Shown: piece after piece, positions 36,243 through 48,200 of the stretch
Position numbering within the stretch: the first letter of the stretch is position 1
How the letters are laid out: each line of letters starts with the position of its first letter
Source: Lama guanicoe
Taxonomy: Eukaryota
DNA: 64,000 bases
Direction of reading: 5' to 3'
Assembly: GCA_013239625.1 (NCBI GenBank)
Contig: MU054323.1
Coordinates: 7,801,220-7,865,219 of the forward strand
The notes under the pieces: generated by a model
What the model was told of the DNA's origin: nothing
What the model saw: only the letters and a program-made list of their open reading frames with translations
The model's database searches: none
Program-made: the position numbers and the translations under genes

Positions 36243-37373
36243 TAATAGAAGCGGTCTTAATTTCTTCTTTGAATTGTGATTGAAGCTAGTGGTCCTGTCA
36301 CCAGTAGCAAGAATCTACCTAGTTGCATCAGTTAAACTGCATCTTTACATCTGTAGTTAAAAAAGATAATCCTAACTGTCCCTGGAACTCTTGGATTGCA
36401 GTCTTTCTTTGCATGTTCAGATTTATTTTTTTACATAATTCAAGCTTTTTGAGACATATCTTGAAGATATTAATGGCTTAGATAACAAAGCGTTTAAAAA
36501 ACTGCTCAGATAGCTTTGAACAGTCATAGTTTTAGAGCATTGTACTTTGGTGTTTGTCAGTCTTAGATTTATCTTTACGTTTCATTGCCTATTATACTAA
36601 GCTATAATGGCTGTATAACTACAAGTATTCTGTGAGAGCTCTGTTATTTTAATGATCGTGCTCCTTGGACTTGAAGTTATGCATCCTTGATTTTATCACA
36701 GTAGTTGGCCTTCTTGACCTTAAGGTTCTGTCTTTCTGGGTTTGACTTCCTGGCCGTTTAACAAAGTATAGAGGACTTGGTTTTGGCTCTTCTAGGAAGT
36801 TCAGAAATTAGAGCTTGCTTTAGAAAGATAAGCTAGAGAGCACAGTAGGAAATGGTGGGAAAGATTAGATTAAATCATAAAGTTGTGATTTGAGCAAAAC
36901 AGTGTTAAATTTGGTTTTATCTTTTTTTAAACAGGTATGTAAGTTTTCACAATCATATGATACAGTGACTGTACATCTTTTTGAAGCTCTAGGAATTTTT
37001 TTTCCTTTTTGGACTTGATTTTTGTTTCATAATACTTAATATAGTTTAGGAAAAGAGTATTTCTGCTTCTTATTAGCCTTGAACGATGCTGTGAAGAGAG
37101 CAAGGTAGGTGTAACTATTACCATCTCACGTGATGAAGCAAATAACTTGCTTTTGGTAATATGTCAGATATATCAGAGCCAGGTTTTAAACATGGTAATA
37201 GGAAGCATTGCAATTAGAAATATTTGGATTTGTTTTTTGGCTCCACCTAAATTTCCTCATCTGTTTAAAAAAACACATCTTTGAAGACTGTTGCAGGGAG
37301 CAACTGAAATTCATGCTGGAAGCGTCCAGCACATTGTACAGCATGTAAATTCTCGATAAATGTTAGTGTACCT

Positions 37374-38722
37374 CTGTGGTTCTCAAAATTCCAATCTCCA
37401 CAGATCCCACGTGGGGATCTTTTTTGACCAGAAAGTCAAAACTATTTTCGTATTAATTCTAAGATACTATTTGCCATTTTCACCATGGTACAGAAGCAGT
37501 GGTGTGTAAAATTGCTTGTCTTAAGCATGAATCAAGGCAGTGGCATTTACCTGGACTAGTTACATTCTTACATATTCTTCACCCCATGGACTCACAGGAG
37601 AAGAACAAAGCTTAATTTCACTTAAGAATATCCTTAATGAAACAATTTTCACTTTTATTAAATCTCAACTTTTGAACACACATCTTTTTCTGTGTGACAA
37701 AGTGGGATGCAAATTAAAATATTTCTGCCTCATTCTGAGACAGTTATGGTGGTTCCAAGGAAAAACCCTTGTAAAATTGTTTGAATTGACCACCGTTTTC
37801 AAGGAACACCATTTATCCTTGAAAGAACAATTGGCATCCTATGGTTATTTAAACTTGAGTATTTGGCAGACACTTTCTCAGATGAATAAAACAATAGTAT
37901 TTGTTGCCAATGACAAATTCATGCTTTTAAATGAAAATAAAAATTTTGGATAACTTGAATCTGCTTCCATGAGCTTGACAGCTTTCCAATTCTTAGAGAT
38001 TTTCCTGATGAGGTCCATGGTGATATTAACAAATATGAATTTTTTCATGTTATGTAATGAGATGTGTCAACATTTGGAAGGACTATGTAGCTTAGTGAAC
38101 CACTTTTTTCCAAATGACCAAAATATGTTATAAAATCGTACGTGGATTAAAAAAATCCACTCAAAGTGTAAAGTAATTGATGGATCTAATGTAACAGAAT
38201 GAAAAATTCATTGACATGATTTTAGATTCCACATTGCAGCTAATCTTTAAGAAAATGCCACTTGTTGAGTTTTGTAGTGTCAAGGAAGAATAGAATGATC
38301 TGAATAGACTGTTAAAATACTTCTTTTTCCAACTGCATATCTGTATGCAACTAGGCTTTCTTTATATATGTCATATTCTTCATACATTTCAAACAAAACT
38401 GCATATTGCAACAGATTGAATGCTGAAGCAGATACGATAATTCAATTGTAGTCTGTTAATAAGCTGGACATTAAAGTTACAAAACTGTACAGTCATACCA
38501 CTCTTCTCACAAAGTTATTTTTGTTTTGGATAATATAGTTATTTTTCATAAGTATGTTTATGGTTTATCATTTCAAGATACATTAATAAATATTTTAAAA
38601 TTTTCTTAATTTCCAATATGGTAGATATTAATGACGTTATCTACATAAACAGAAGCTTGCTGGGATCTTCAGTAATTTTAGGCATGTAAAGGGGTCCCTC
38701 AGAAGAAAAAGTTTGAGAAGTG
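37374..38722 (+). mobile_element. Charlie1a-like hAT DNA transposon
   Basis: Termini ctgtggttctcaaa / tttgagaagtg and perfect 8-bp TSD GTGTACCT (37366-37373, 38723-38730). ORF 37540-37953 retains hAT transposase-like SLKNILNET..FIKS and VFVANDK. Confidence 0.9.
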
Positions 38723-39189
38723 GTGTACCTCTTTTGTTGCTTCTATGGACCATCCTAACTCAATTTATAATCTAGTAGGAAAGACTGACACAAAATGAAA
38801 AGTCAGATGATAGGATAATATATGAAATAATGATATTGATTAAAGGGAATCCATTTAAAACAGTGAAAATATTTCCTAGCAAATAATAGAAAACAGACAA
38901 ATTCGGGAAATTGTTGAGAAATGAAATTAAAACTTACAAAAGCAAGTTTGTTTTGTATTTGACAAAATTTAGATAATAATTTTAATTCTTGGTTACTGTT
39001 TAGCACTGAGAAAAAGAATCTAGTGTTGGAATGGTTGCAGACTTTTTCTGAGAAAATAGTATAAATAAGATCCTTGAATCTTACTTTTGACTTTTACAGT
39101 ATGAACATAAAGAGTCATAAAAATATGTTTAAAAGTTTTATTAGTTTCTTCAAGGGACTCTCTTAATCATAATAATTCATCATAATTTT

Positions 39190-39326
39190 TTATTATTTAT
39201 TTTAATTTTCTCTGGGAAAGGGTAACTAGGTTTATTTATGTATTTTTAATGGAGGTACTGGGGATTGAACCCAGGACCTCGTGCACGCTAAACACACACT
39301 CTGCCACTGAGCTATACCCGTCCTCC
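39190..39326 (-). mobile_element. tRNA-derived SINE (Vic-1-like)
   Basis: Full head. TSD CATCATAATTTT (39178-39189) / CATAATAATTTT (39327-39338). Confidence 0.9.
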
Positions 39327-40729
39327 CATAATAATTTTAATTTTAGGTCCACTTTTACTGCCATTCTTACCTATTTTTGTTTATCTGTTAACTATATATT
39401 CCTTTGTTAGTGGCTTAGCAGTTCTTCCCTATCATTTTTCAGTGCATGTTTTACTGAATTTCCACTCTCTCTTTGTAGTTAAGTTTACACTGTATTATTG
39501 GAACATCTGGTGAGAGACATACTAACAATAACCAACAACATTAAGTTGTCCATTTATTAGTATTTTCATGTTGTTATAACTTTAGCTTCTTTTTTGCAAA
39601 CTTGTGAGTTGGAATCTAGATAAGGAGGACTTCCTGTAGGCATGCTATGGAATCACTAAGCAGAAGCATTTATCACTCTGGCATGTGGGGTGTTTCAGGT
39701 AACTGAAAGAGCAGATGAGGGTACTCCTTTGTAATTTGGAATTAATGTTTCCTATATTGTTATTACAATTATTAATTTCTCTTTGGTTTAGAAATAGAGT
39801 TAATTTTAAAAGTTCATAAGTGGAATGCTTTGCTTTTTAGCAGTCCGGGAACCCTTAAATGGAAAAATATGTCCCTATTTGTTTGTGTTTGCAATGAAAG
39901 ATAACCAAGATGACCAATTAATAGGAGGTTGATATAAAGGAATGTGAGTTACAAATGTGCTTGAATTTTTTTGTGCCTTCCATCATTGTTCTGTAGCACA
40001 AAGAGTAGAAGAAAGAGCAGTTGATGAAAGTTATGGAATGGGGAGATTGAGTTGAGTGACTGAATGAATCCTTGGATTTTTAAACTAATTCCAGAGGCTA
40101 TAAACTGGAATACTTTATTTCTTTTTTTCTGCTCTGTAGTAATCTTTTGGTAGTTTAAGTGGTAGACAGAACCTTGTACTGAAAACAGAAAACTAGCTTT
40201 GTTAACAGTATATTTTTTTAATAGGGAGACAACTTCATCTCTTGGCCTTTGTTTTCTATCTGTAATAAAAGTAATATGATCTAACCCTTAGGCTAACCAA
40301 TGTGCCAGGAACTATACTAAGGGGTATATGAAGTGTCTTTGTAGTTCCTATATTAGCATGGTCCAAGAGATGATTTGTAGAGTCCTACATACAGAGAAAT
40401 AGCAATGTGCCAGCCGTAATGCCTCTGAGAGAATAAAGCAACATTTCTTTAAGAGATTTGGAGAAAAGTGACTTAAATGATGTTCAAAATAACTTACATA
40501 CAACCTTGGGGCTTTAGAAAGGGAACAGTGAATTAAAAGGCTGTTGTAGCATTGGTAGTGTTTTATTGAATTGAAGACTCTATTAACTCTTCCCACCTTT
40601 TCTTTGCCATCCATCACCTCTGGATACAACATAAGATTGGTCCTATAAAGGAGGGAGAAGTTTTGCTCTAATTTCTTGTACAGGCATTCTGTAAGTTGTA
40701 GATTTTATTTTTTTAGGTTGAAAACGGAA

Positions 40730-40970
40730 GTGGTGGCATTCATAGTTAAGAGCATGGACTTGGAGTCAGACTGATGGAGTTAAAATGCCAGTCCTGCCAC
40801 TTAGTAGCTTTGTGTAAATTAGTCTTGGGTAAATTACTTATCCTCCTTGTGCCTCAGTTTTTCTCATCCACAAAAACTCTAAGCTACTGTGAGGATTAAA
40901 TGAGTTAGTATGTATAAAGTGCTTGGTACATGTCTGGCACATAGTAAGCAGTATATAAATGTTAGATAAA
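40730..40970 (+). mobile_element. MIR SINE (near full length)
   Basis: atagttaagagcatggacttggagtcagac...gtgcctcagtttttctcatc...gtgaggattaaatgagttag. Confidence 0.9.
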
Positions 40971-42169
40971 ACAAAAATATTAACAAAAATCAGAGACTTC
41001 TGGGAGGGAAAAGAAGTTGGGGGAAAAGGCAGAGGTTCTTCTTTCACATTTGTTGGGGGTGGAGCCTCAGATTAATTTGGAGATCTTGAAGAGACAAAGC
41101 CTGGTTCTAAATTTTGAAGCAGTTACATTCAGCAGTATGAAAGTACAGGCTTCCTGAAGACTAGAAGAAAAAAGATGCCAAGATGAGATAACTGAAAGTG
41201 GAATATTGCTGAGGAATTAGAGAACATTATGTTTAAATTTTATTAGTACTTCCCTTTCCCCCCACATCAAACATTCTTAACAAGTCATGTCCCCTAAATT
41301 CTTTGGTGCCAAAAGTAGAACTATCCTTTATTTTCCAGTAGGGAAAATAGTTCTCATCTCCTCCATTATTTATTGACTGATGGCCATTTGAAGATCCTTC
41401 CCACCCACCTCCTCCCACTTCTCTGTTGGAATGAAATGGTTTTGTGCTTTGGTTGGCGGTGTCCTGTGTGGATCGGCACAGATCTAATTTGTTTAAGCAG
41501 ATGTTTTGTTTCTCTGATAAATCAGCTAGAGAAGAGGTTACTTGAAACTGGGGGAGAGGGGGGGTTTAAGACCAGAAAAAGGAAAACATTAAGCAAAACC
41601 TCATCTGAAAGCTAGAAGGGAGGAGGATGCAAAGATTTGGGGAAGTCAAGTAAATTAACAGGAATTTAAAGTAGCTATGTTTTATCTAATACAGAATAAA
41701 CAAATGTTACTGCAAAATGTTATTCTGAAGTAAAAGTATTGTGACCAAATAACAAGTTGTCATGGCATTATGTGGAGAGTAATAAGCATTATGCATTAAT
41801 AAGTTTGAAACAGTTAACTAAGTGCTAGATTCTGAAGATTTGGTGGCCTTTAGAAATGGAATGTGAAGTCCTTTTAACTGTTTAGAAAGACTTTTAATGT
41901 GTGAAAAGTTGTAAATCCCAATAAAAGGAGATGGGAGATAGAAAGCAACAGAGGGTTAGAAGTTCTGGGAAAATTGAGAAGAGAATTGCTGACTTGCAAG
42001 TCATGCTGCTCCCTGGGATACAGTTTGGTCTGGATCAAGGCGGTGTATTAGGTGAATAAGATAAGGGCAGGCCAAAAAGTGGATAGACAGTTTGACTCAC
42101 TCAAGGCAAAACATTAAACTGGGAGAAGGCTGAAGTTACGTAGCTAGAGTATTGTTCAGAACCAATTTA

Positions 42170-42370
42170 ATAGTTTAATTGAGGGCTTTCTATATGCTGA
42201 CCTAGGCTTTTTACACATTTAATCCACACAACATTGGTGATTGAAATTATAATTACTACTGTGGGTGGGGGAAACAGAGACCTAGAGAAGTTAAAGTTTC
42301 ACCCAATACAACACAACTAGTATGTGGCAGAGACCATGTTTGTCTGCATTCTTTCACCATTGTGCTCCGT
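42170..42370 (-). mobile_element. MIR SINE
   Basis: ggaaacagagacctagagaagttaaagtttcaccca...actagtatgtggcagag. Confidence 0.7.
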
Positions 42371-42927
42371 ACACCTTTCTTAATTTCTAAAGTGAATTCA
42401 CTGTCAGTACTATACTTGTATTTGCTTATTGATGTATAGTGTAAACCTAACAGATCATCAAAATATGATTGGAATAGCTTTGGTAGGGATCATGATAGTC
42501 ACTTGAGACAAGTTACTCTTTATGTGTGGTACCAAGTAAGAATATAAGAAAATACTACCATGTTCTGGAGAACACCATCTTCTGGAATGGAAGGTGCCTT
42601 CAAAGTTTTGGGCAGTGGAAGTGACAGCAAAAGGAGCTAAATGGTGTTTTATCATAGAATCTACTTGCTCATTTCTTTGACATGAAAAAGTTTCTCCTTC
42701 CTTTTTTAGAAGTGTCAAAGGAGCATTATAAAGAAAGCTCAGGAATAAAGGAATGGGAGAAATTCATTAGGGACTCAAGGAATTAAGTCCTCATGCCAAA
42801 TTTAAAACTACGTCTGAAAATACCCAACTCCAATGAAATAAATCTTATGACCTCTGTGAAACAAAGCAAAGCTTATTTCTACTGCAGTAATTTTGAATTC
42901 AAAATAATTAAGACATAGTAAGTTTGA

Positions 42928-43228
42928 GGGGGAGGTGTAGCTCACATGGTTTAGAGCATGCTTGTCATGCACAAGGTCCTGGGTTCAATCCCCAGTATCT
43001 CTTTTAAAAATAAATAAACCCAATTACCTCCCCTCCCCGCCAAAATAAAATAGATGATACAATAATAAAGAGAGAGGGGGAGAGAGAGAGAGAGGAAGGA
43101 AGGAAGGAAGGAAGGAAGGAAGGAAGGAAGGAAGGAAGGAAGGAAAATATTTGGGGATGGCAAGGGATAAATTTGTGAGTTTGAGATTTGCAAATGTTAA
43201 CCACTATATACAAAAACAATAAAAAAAA
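42928..43228 (+). mobile_element. Vic-1-like SINE + microsatellite + short L1 3'UTR piece (composite)
   Basis: SINE head at 42928-43050. Outer repeats AAGACATAGTAAGTTTGA (42910-42927) / AAGACCTAGTATGTGTGA (43229-43246). Confidence 0.8.
43067..43147 (+). repeat. (GA)n-(GGAA)13 microsatellite; 81-nt pure purine tract
   Basis: GGAA x13 at 43094-43145, read directly. Confidence 0.95.
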
Positions 43229-43859
43229 AAGACCTAGTATGTGTGATTGTGTTTTACTTGTTTATGGCTTTTGATTTTTTTCAGAAATTGTGTGAGATGT
43301 AAATGTAAATTGGTTATATATTTTTTCATTTTTACCAAATTTGGTAGGTGGTAAAATGCAAATTCCAAGTAAATATTTAAAATGCTATATGGATATTACA
43401 AATATCAGTATTAAAGGAAATTTTATATTTTCAAATAAGAAAACTTATCTGGCAGGTTGAGAAAAGACATCACATCTTTTGTGCATAAAGACACATATTA
43501 ATTTCCTGTTTTTATGGTGTTTTTTCTCTTGCTTTTATATTACTACCTCTTAACTGATATTGTGGAATTCATCAGATATCCCAGCTGTCTTCTCCAACTG
43601 TAGTGCTTGTGAGAATCTTAATGACCTTATGAATTAGAGGAGTTTCTCTAAAATTAGTGTGTAACAAATAAGACTTTATTCATCCTGACTTAGAGACACA
43701 GCAGTTCTTGGGCTTTATTATTTATTACTGTGTGATGTCAACTTCTTTGGTTTACTTGGATAAAATTACTTTTTGTTAGGATGACTTTTATTGTCATTTG
43801 GAATGCAATTTTAATGTAATATAATGTACAGTTACTTTAGAATAGCTACTTTGGTATTT

Positions 43860-44425
43860 TAAAGTCTGTAAATGAGGTATAAGAGCAATATACAAAGTGA
43901 AATATATTTCTATACATTCACAATGAAACTTCCAAAAATTAAATTAAGACAATAATTCCATTTTAACAATAGCATCAAAAAGAATCTGTATTTAGGATTA
44001 AATTTAACAAATGAAGTGCAATACTTATACACTGAAAATACTGTGAAAGTGGTTAAAAAAGATCTAAGTGAATGGAAGGATACCCTAGTGTTCATGGACC
44101 AGAAGACATTAAAATGGCAGAACTACCTAAATTGATCTACACATTCAGTGCAACTCCTGTCAAAATCCAAGCTAGCTTGTTTGCTGAAGTTGTGAAGTGG
44201 CTCCTGAGATTCATATGGAAATGAAAAAGACCCAGAACAGCCGAAATAATCTTGAAAAAGAAGTACAAAATTGTAAGAAAAACTACCTGACTTCAAAACT
44301 TAAAGCAAAGCTACAGTAATCAAGATAGTGTGGTACTAGCATAAAGATAGATATACAGATCAGTGGAATAGAATTGAGAGTTCAGAAACAAACCCTTACA
44401 TTCCAGTCAGTTGATTTTTGATAAT
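43860..44425 (+). mobile_element. L1 ORF2 fragment
   Basis: cccagaacagccgaaataatcttgaaaaagaag...ctacagtaatcaagatagtgtggtactagcataa. Confidence 0.88.
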
Positions 44426-45102
44426 TAAATATCAAGCATCCCAAAATGCTGCCCTTTCCTGTTTTCTGTTTCTGCCCTCTCAACTTCCTTCCTTATTTAA
44501 ATCAACAAGTATTTATTTTGAGTACATAGAACTGGGGTGACTTCTGAGATGATATTTATTCATGCACATCTGGCCTGACAGCTGACTTGTACTGTAAGGA
44601 CTAGTGTCCTAGAAGAATGCCAGGTTTTGACAGTTAGAGAAGAATGAAGGACAAGTATGTATATGAAATAGATATATTTATGATTCAACATCAATATTGC
44701 TGTTGCTAGGGACTAGATCTGGAATAGTAAAAGAAAATAATTTGCTTTTCATTAATCATGTAATGAAAGAACACTATTTAGGAAGTCAGGTACAAAATCC
44801 AAATTACTTCACCTTTGTTTCTTCAGTCTATAGTATCAAACTGCCAGTATATCATTATGAAGATTGTGAGAAATATTATCTGCTGTAGGTAGAGAAAGAA
44901 TGATAGCTGGATTGTTTCTGAACTTTGTAATGTACTCTTTTTCTTTTTTTAATGTCTCCTTTGATTTAAAAAAAAATCCTTGGCTCATATTTTTTAATTC
45001 CAGCCTTGGCAAGTTTTCAGTGAACAAAAATTGGCCCTAAAATCTTGAAAGAATGATAGTGTAGTACACTAGTACCATAAATTACAACCCTCTGGAACAA
45101 TC

Positions 45103-45262
45103 GAAGGCAGAGGACCTGGGGCAGAGACTATGAATGCCCTGAAATTATACTTCAAATTTTGTATGAATACATATTGGTGTGAGGGCATGGGCAAAGGATC
45201 TGTGATTTTCATTAGGTTCTCAAATGATCTGGAACATACTCCAAAAAAGATTAAGGGTTGCT
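45103..45262. mobile_element. hAT-Charlie MITE (Charlie4z-like)
   Basis: atgaatgccctgaaattatac...ttttcattaggttctcaaa...ccaaaaaagattaag. Confidence 0.55.
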
Positions 45263-45279
45263 TAACCTTGAAAGACACT

Positions 45280-48200
45280 AAAGCTGTTGAGAACTTCCAC
45301 TTTTGGATCTAACAGAGTAATTTACTGGTACTAGACAAGCCCTCTGGCCATAAACGGCTAGGAACCTGAAACAAACACATGAAACAACTGTTTTTTTAGG
45401 TATTTTGTAACGTGCAGGGCAGGACTGCATTCCCTGAGAGAAGGAAAATAAATAAATTCAGTCCTGTAATCTCCCTGGCTTTCTTTCTGAAGCTAGATTC
45501 CATTTAGGACCTAAGCAGGGCGTGGCAGTCTTGTTGGGCCAAGGAGATAGAAGTCAGAATAGAGAGAGACTGAAGAGGTTGGAATTTGCAGGATTGATTA
45601 CCACAGAAGATGAAGTTACATGGTGAGATCCAGAAATCTACAGAGGAGTTCCTCTACATCTTTGGCTGGATACTAAGCTGGGTGGTGCTCCAGGGGCTGG
45701 GCAAAGAACAACTAACTATTAGAGGAGGAACAACTACTAGAGACTGGGTAGAAGTATTGGGACTTACATTGGATTGGGAGACATTCTAGTTTTTGACCAA
45801 CTGGAATGGTGAGACCTCATTGAATAGCAGAACCATTTGGGTGAGTACTCAGAAATGGCACTCCTTAGGAGTAGGGCCAAAGTAACTTTAGAGAAGAGGC
45901 TTCCCCAGCCCTATGTTAAAACTATGCTGAGAACAGTCTTCAAAAGGATTAAGCTGATTCTCAATTAATTTAGCTGCCCACCTGAACAAAACATTGAAAA
46001 AAATCCATACATTAATAAAAATACAAAATGTTCGGCGTATCATCTAAAATTACTAGACATATGAAGAGATAGGAAAATGTAACCCTTAACCAGGAGAGAA
46101 ATCAGTTGATGGAAACATATCCAGAAGTGACAGAGATGATGGTTTTAGAAGATGGAGGTAGGCATTTAAAAGAAAGCATAAACATAAGAGAAGTGTAAGA
46201 TATAAGAAAGAGCTATTGGAACTCCTAGAACTGGAAAACAGTATCTGAAATGAAAAATTCAGCTGATGGGCTTAAAAGCAGATCAGACACTGCAGAAGAA
46301 GAGATCAGTGTAAGGTAATAGAAACTATCCAAAATGAAGCACAGAGGAGCAAAAGTCTGGTGTGGGGGGATGGGGGAGAGAACCTCAGTGATGTGTGAAA
46401 CATTAACAAGTACTCTCATATATGTGCATTTGGAGTCCAGGTTGGGAGATGGGAATGCTGTGGTTCCAGAAGAAGTATTTGATGAAATAATGACTGAAAG
46501 TCCAGATAATGATGAAAGCTATAATCCTATAGACTTTATGGACCTAGGTAGCATAAACAGAGAAAATCACACTGAGGCACATAGTAATTCAGTTGCTAAA
46601 AACCAGTTACAAAGAGAAATCTTAAGAGAAGCCAGAGGGAAAAAAGACAACATTATATGTACAGAGGGACAAAGATAAGAACAACTGTTGACTTTTATTG
46701 GAAAACAATGTGAACCAAAAAATGAGCAACATAACCACACTGAGGATGAAGAAAAGAATAATCAAAGTAACTTTAGAAAACAGTATTTTGACTAGATACT
46801 GTAAGACTAAAAAGAACTGTAAAAAATGTATTTTAGTTAGTAAATCTGATTTCTCATTAGGGTGTGGGTTAGCAAGTCTGAAACTACTTTATGTATATAG
46901 TAGGATTGAACATATATTTAGATAATAAGAGCCAGGGTTTTCTAATTGTTAAAGAGGTTACAAGTAAGGAAAGAAAGAAGGCTAGAAGGAAATCTGTTGT
47001 TGAACTGTGATCGGAATTATCAGGACGAACTCATGGTTTTATATATTATACCTACAGATGATTATGGAAATATACATGTGTATATATGCATGGATTAGTA
47101 AATAAATATATTTTCAGTCTGTCTTCTGGGAGGTCCTAGAAGAAGCAGTAACTATCTGGTAGCAGTGAGCATATCCAGTGCCCAGTTCTTGGACTCGACA
47201 TACAATTTTTCAGTAAAAGGAACCAGGGCTCTTTAAAGAATGGGTTGATTTCAGAACTGGGGTACAGGGAATGCTAGATGCTCCTGGAACATCTTTGGTG
47301 CCAGAAAACAAAGAAGTGCTCAGAAAAGGATGAAATATTTCAAAAGGATGTAAGATCCAAGCTGAAAGAGTTTCTAATGGCCAAAGCTGAAATGAAATTA
47401 TAGTATTGCATATTACCAGTAGAATAAGATATCCCTTAGTCCAAATTAGTCTGTATAAACACAAATAAACAGGTAGGTAGAAGGGACAAATTGTAAATGA
47501 AGAATTCCAGTTTAATAAATGTAAAGCAATGCCTGAAACACAAAATTGCCATTTAACAAATACTGCAGTAATAATTATCACAGGCACAGCCCAGTGATGG
47601 TAAAATCAGTGGGTAAAGGGGTGAAGAGGAACATTTGCATAGTCTCAAAGTATTTTCTCCAAGAAATTATTAATTACAAGGGGAAAAACAATGTATTTAC
47701 GGTGGAGAGAGACTCAGTAGATATTACCTTAACCAAATTATCAAGGTTAATATAACAGAAAGAAGACATTCACAATATATACTCGATGATACAATGAACC
47801 AGGAAAGGTTAAACAGTAGATCTGTGGTGTTTTGTGGTATTCTTACCAAAAAATGCAAAATCTTTAATTATTAGGACATATCAGACAAACCCAAAATAAG
47901 GGAGGATTCTACAAAACACCTGACCAGTATTTTAAAGTTATCCAGATCATGAAAGACAGGAAAAGACTGAGTAACTGTCACAGATTGGAGGAGACTCAGG
48001 ACACATGACAGCTAAATACAAAGTGGGAACCTGGACTAGATCCTGGAATACAAAGAGATGAGTGAAAAAACTGATAGGTTAGGTCTATAGTTAAATTAAT
48101 TGCATTGTACCAGTGTTACTTTCTTGTTTCTGATAAATCTACTATGGTTATGAAATGTTAACATTAGGATAAGCTGGATAAAAGATGTATGTAAACTCTG

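Noticed and set aside
37540..37953. Possible domesticated hAT transposase (ZBED-like)
   Set aside because: Frameshifted remnant within a TSD-bounded Charlie1a-like element. Similarity switches frames and there are no supporting splice signals.
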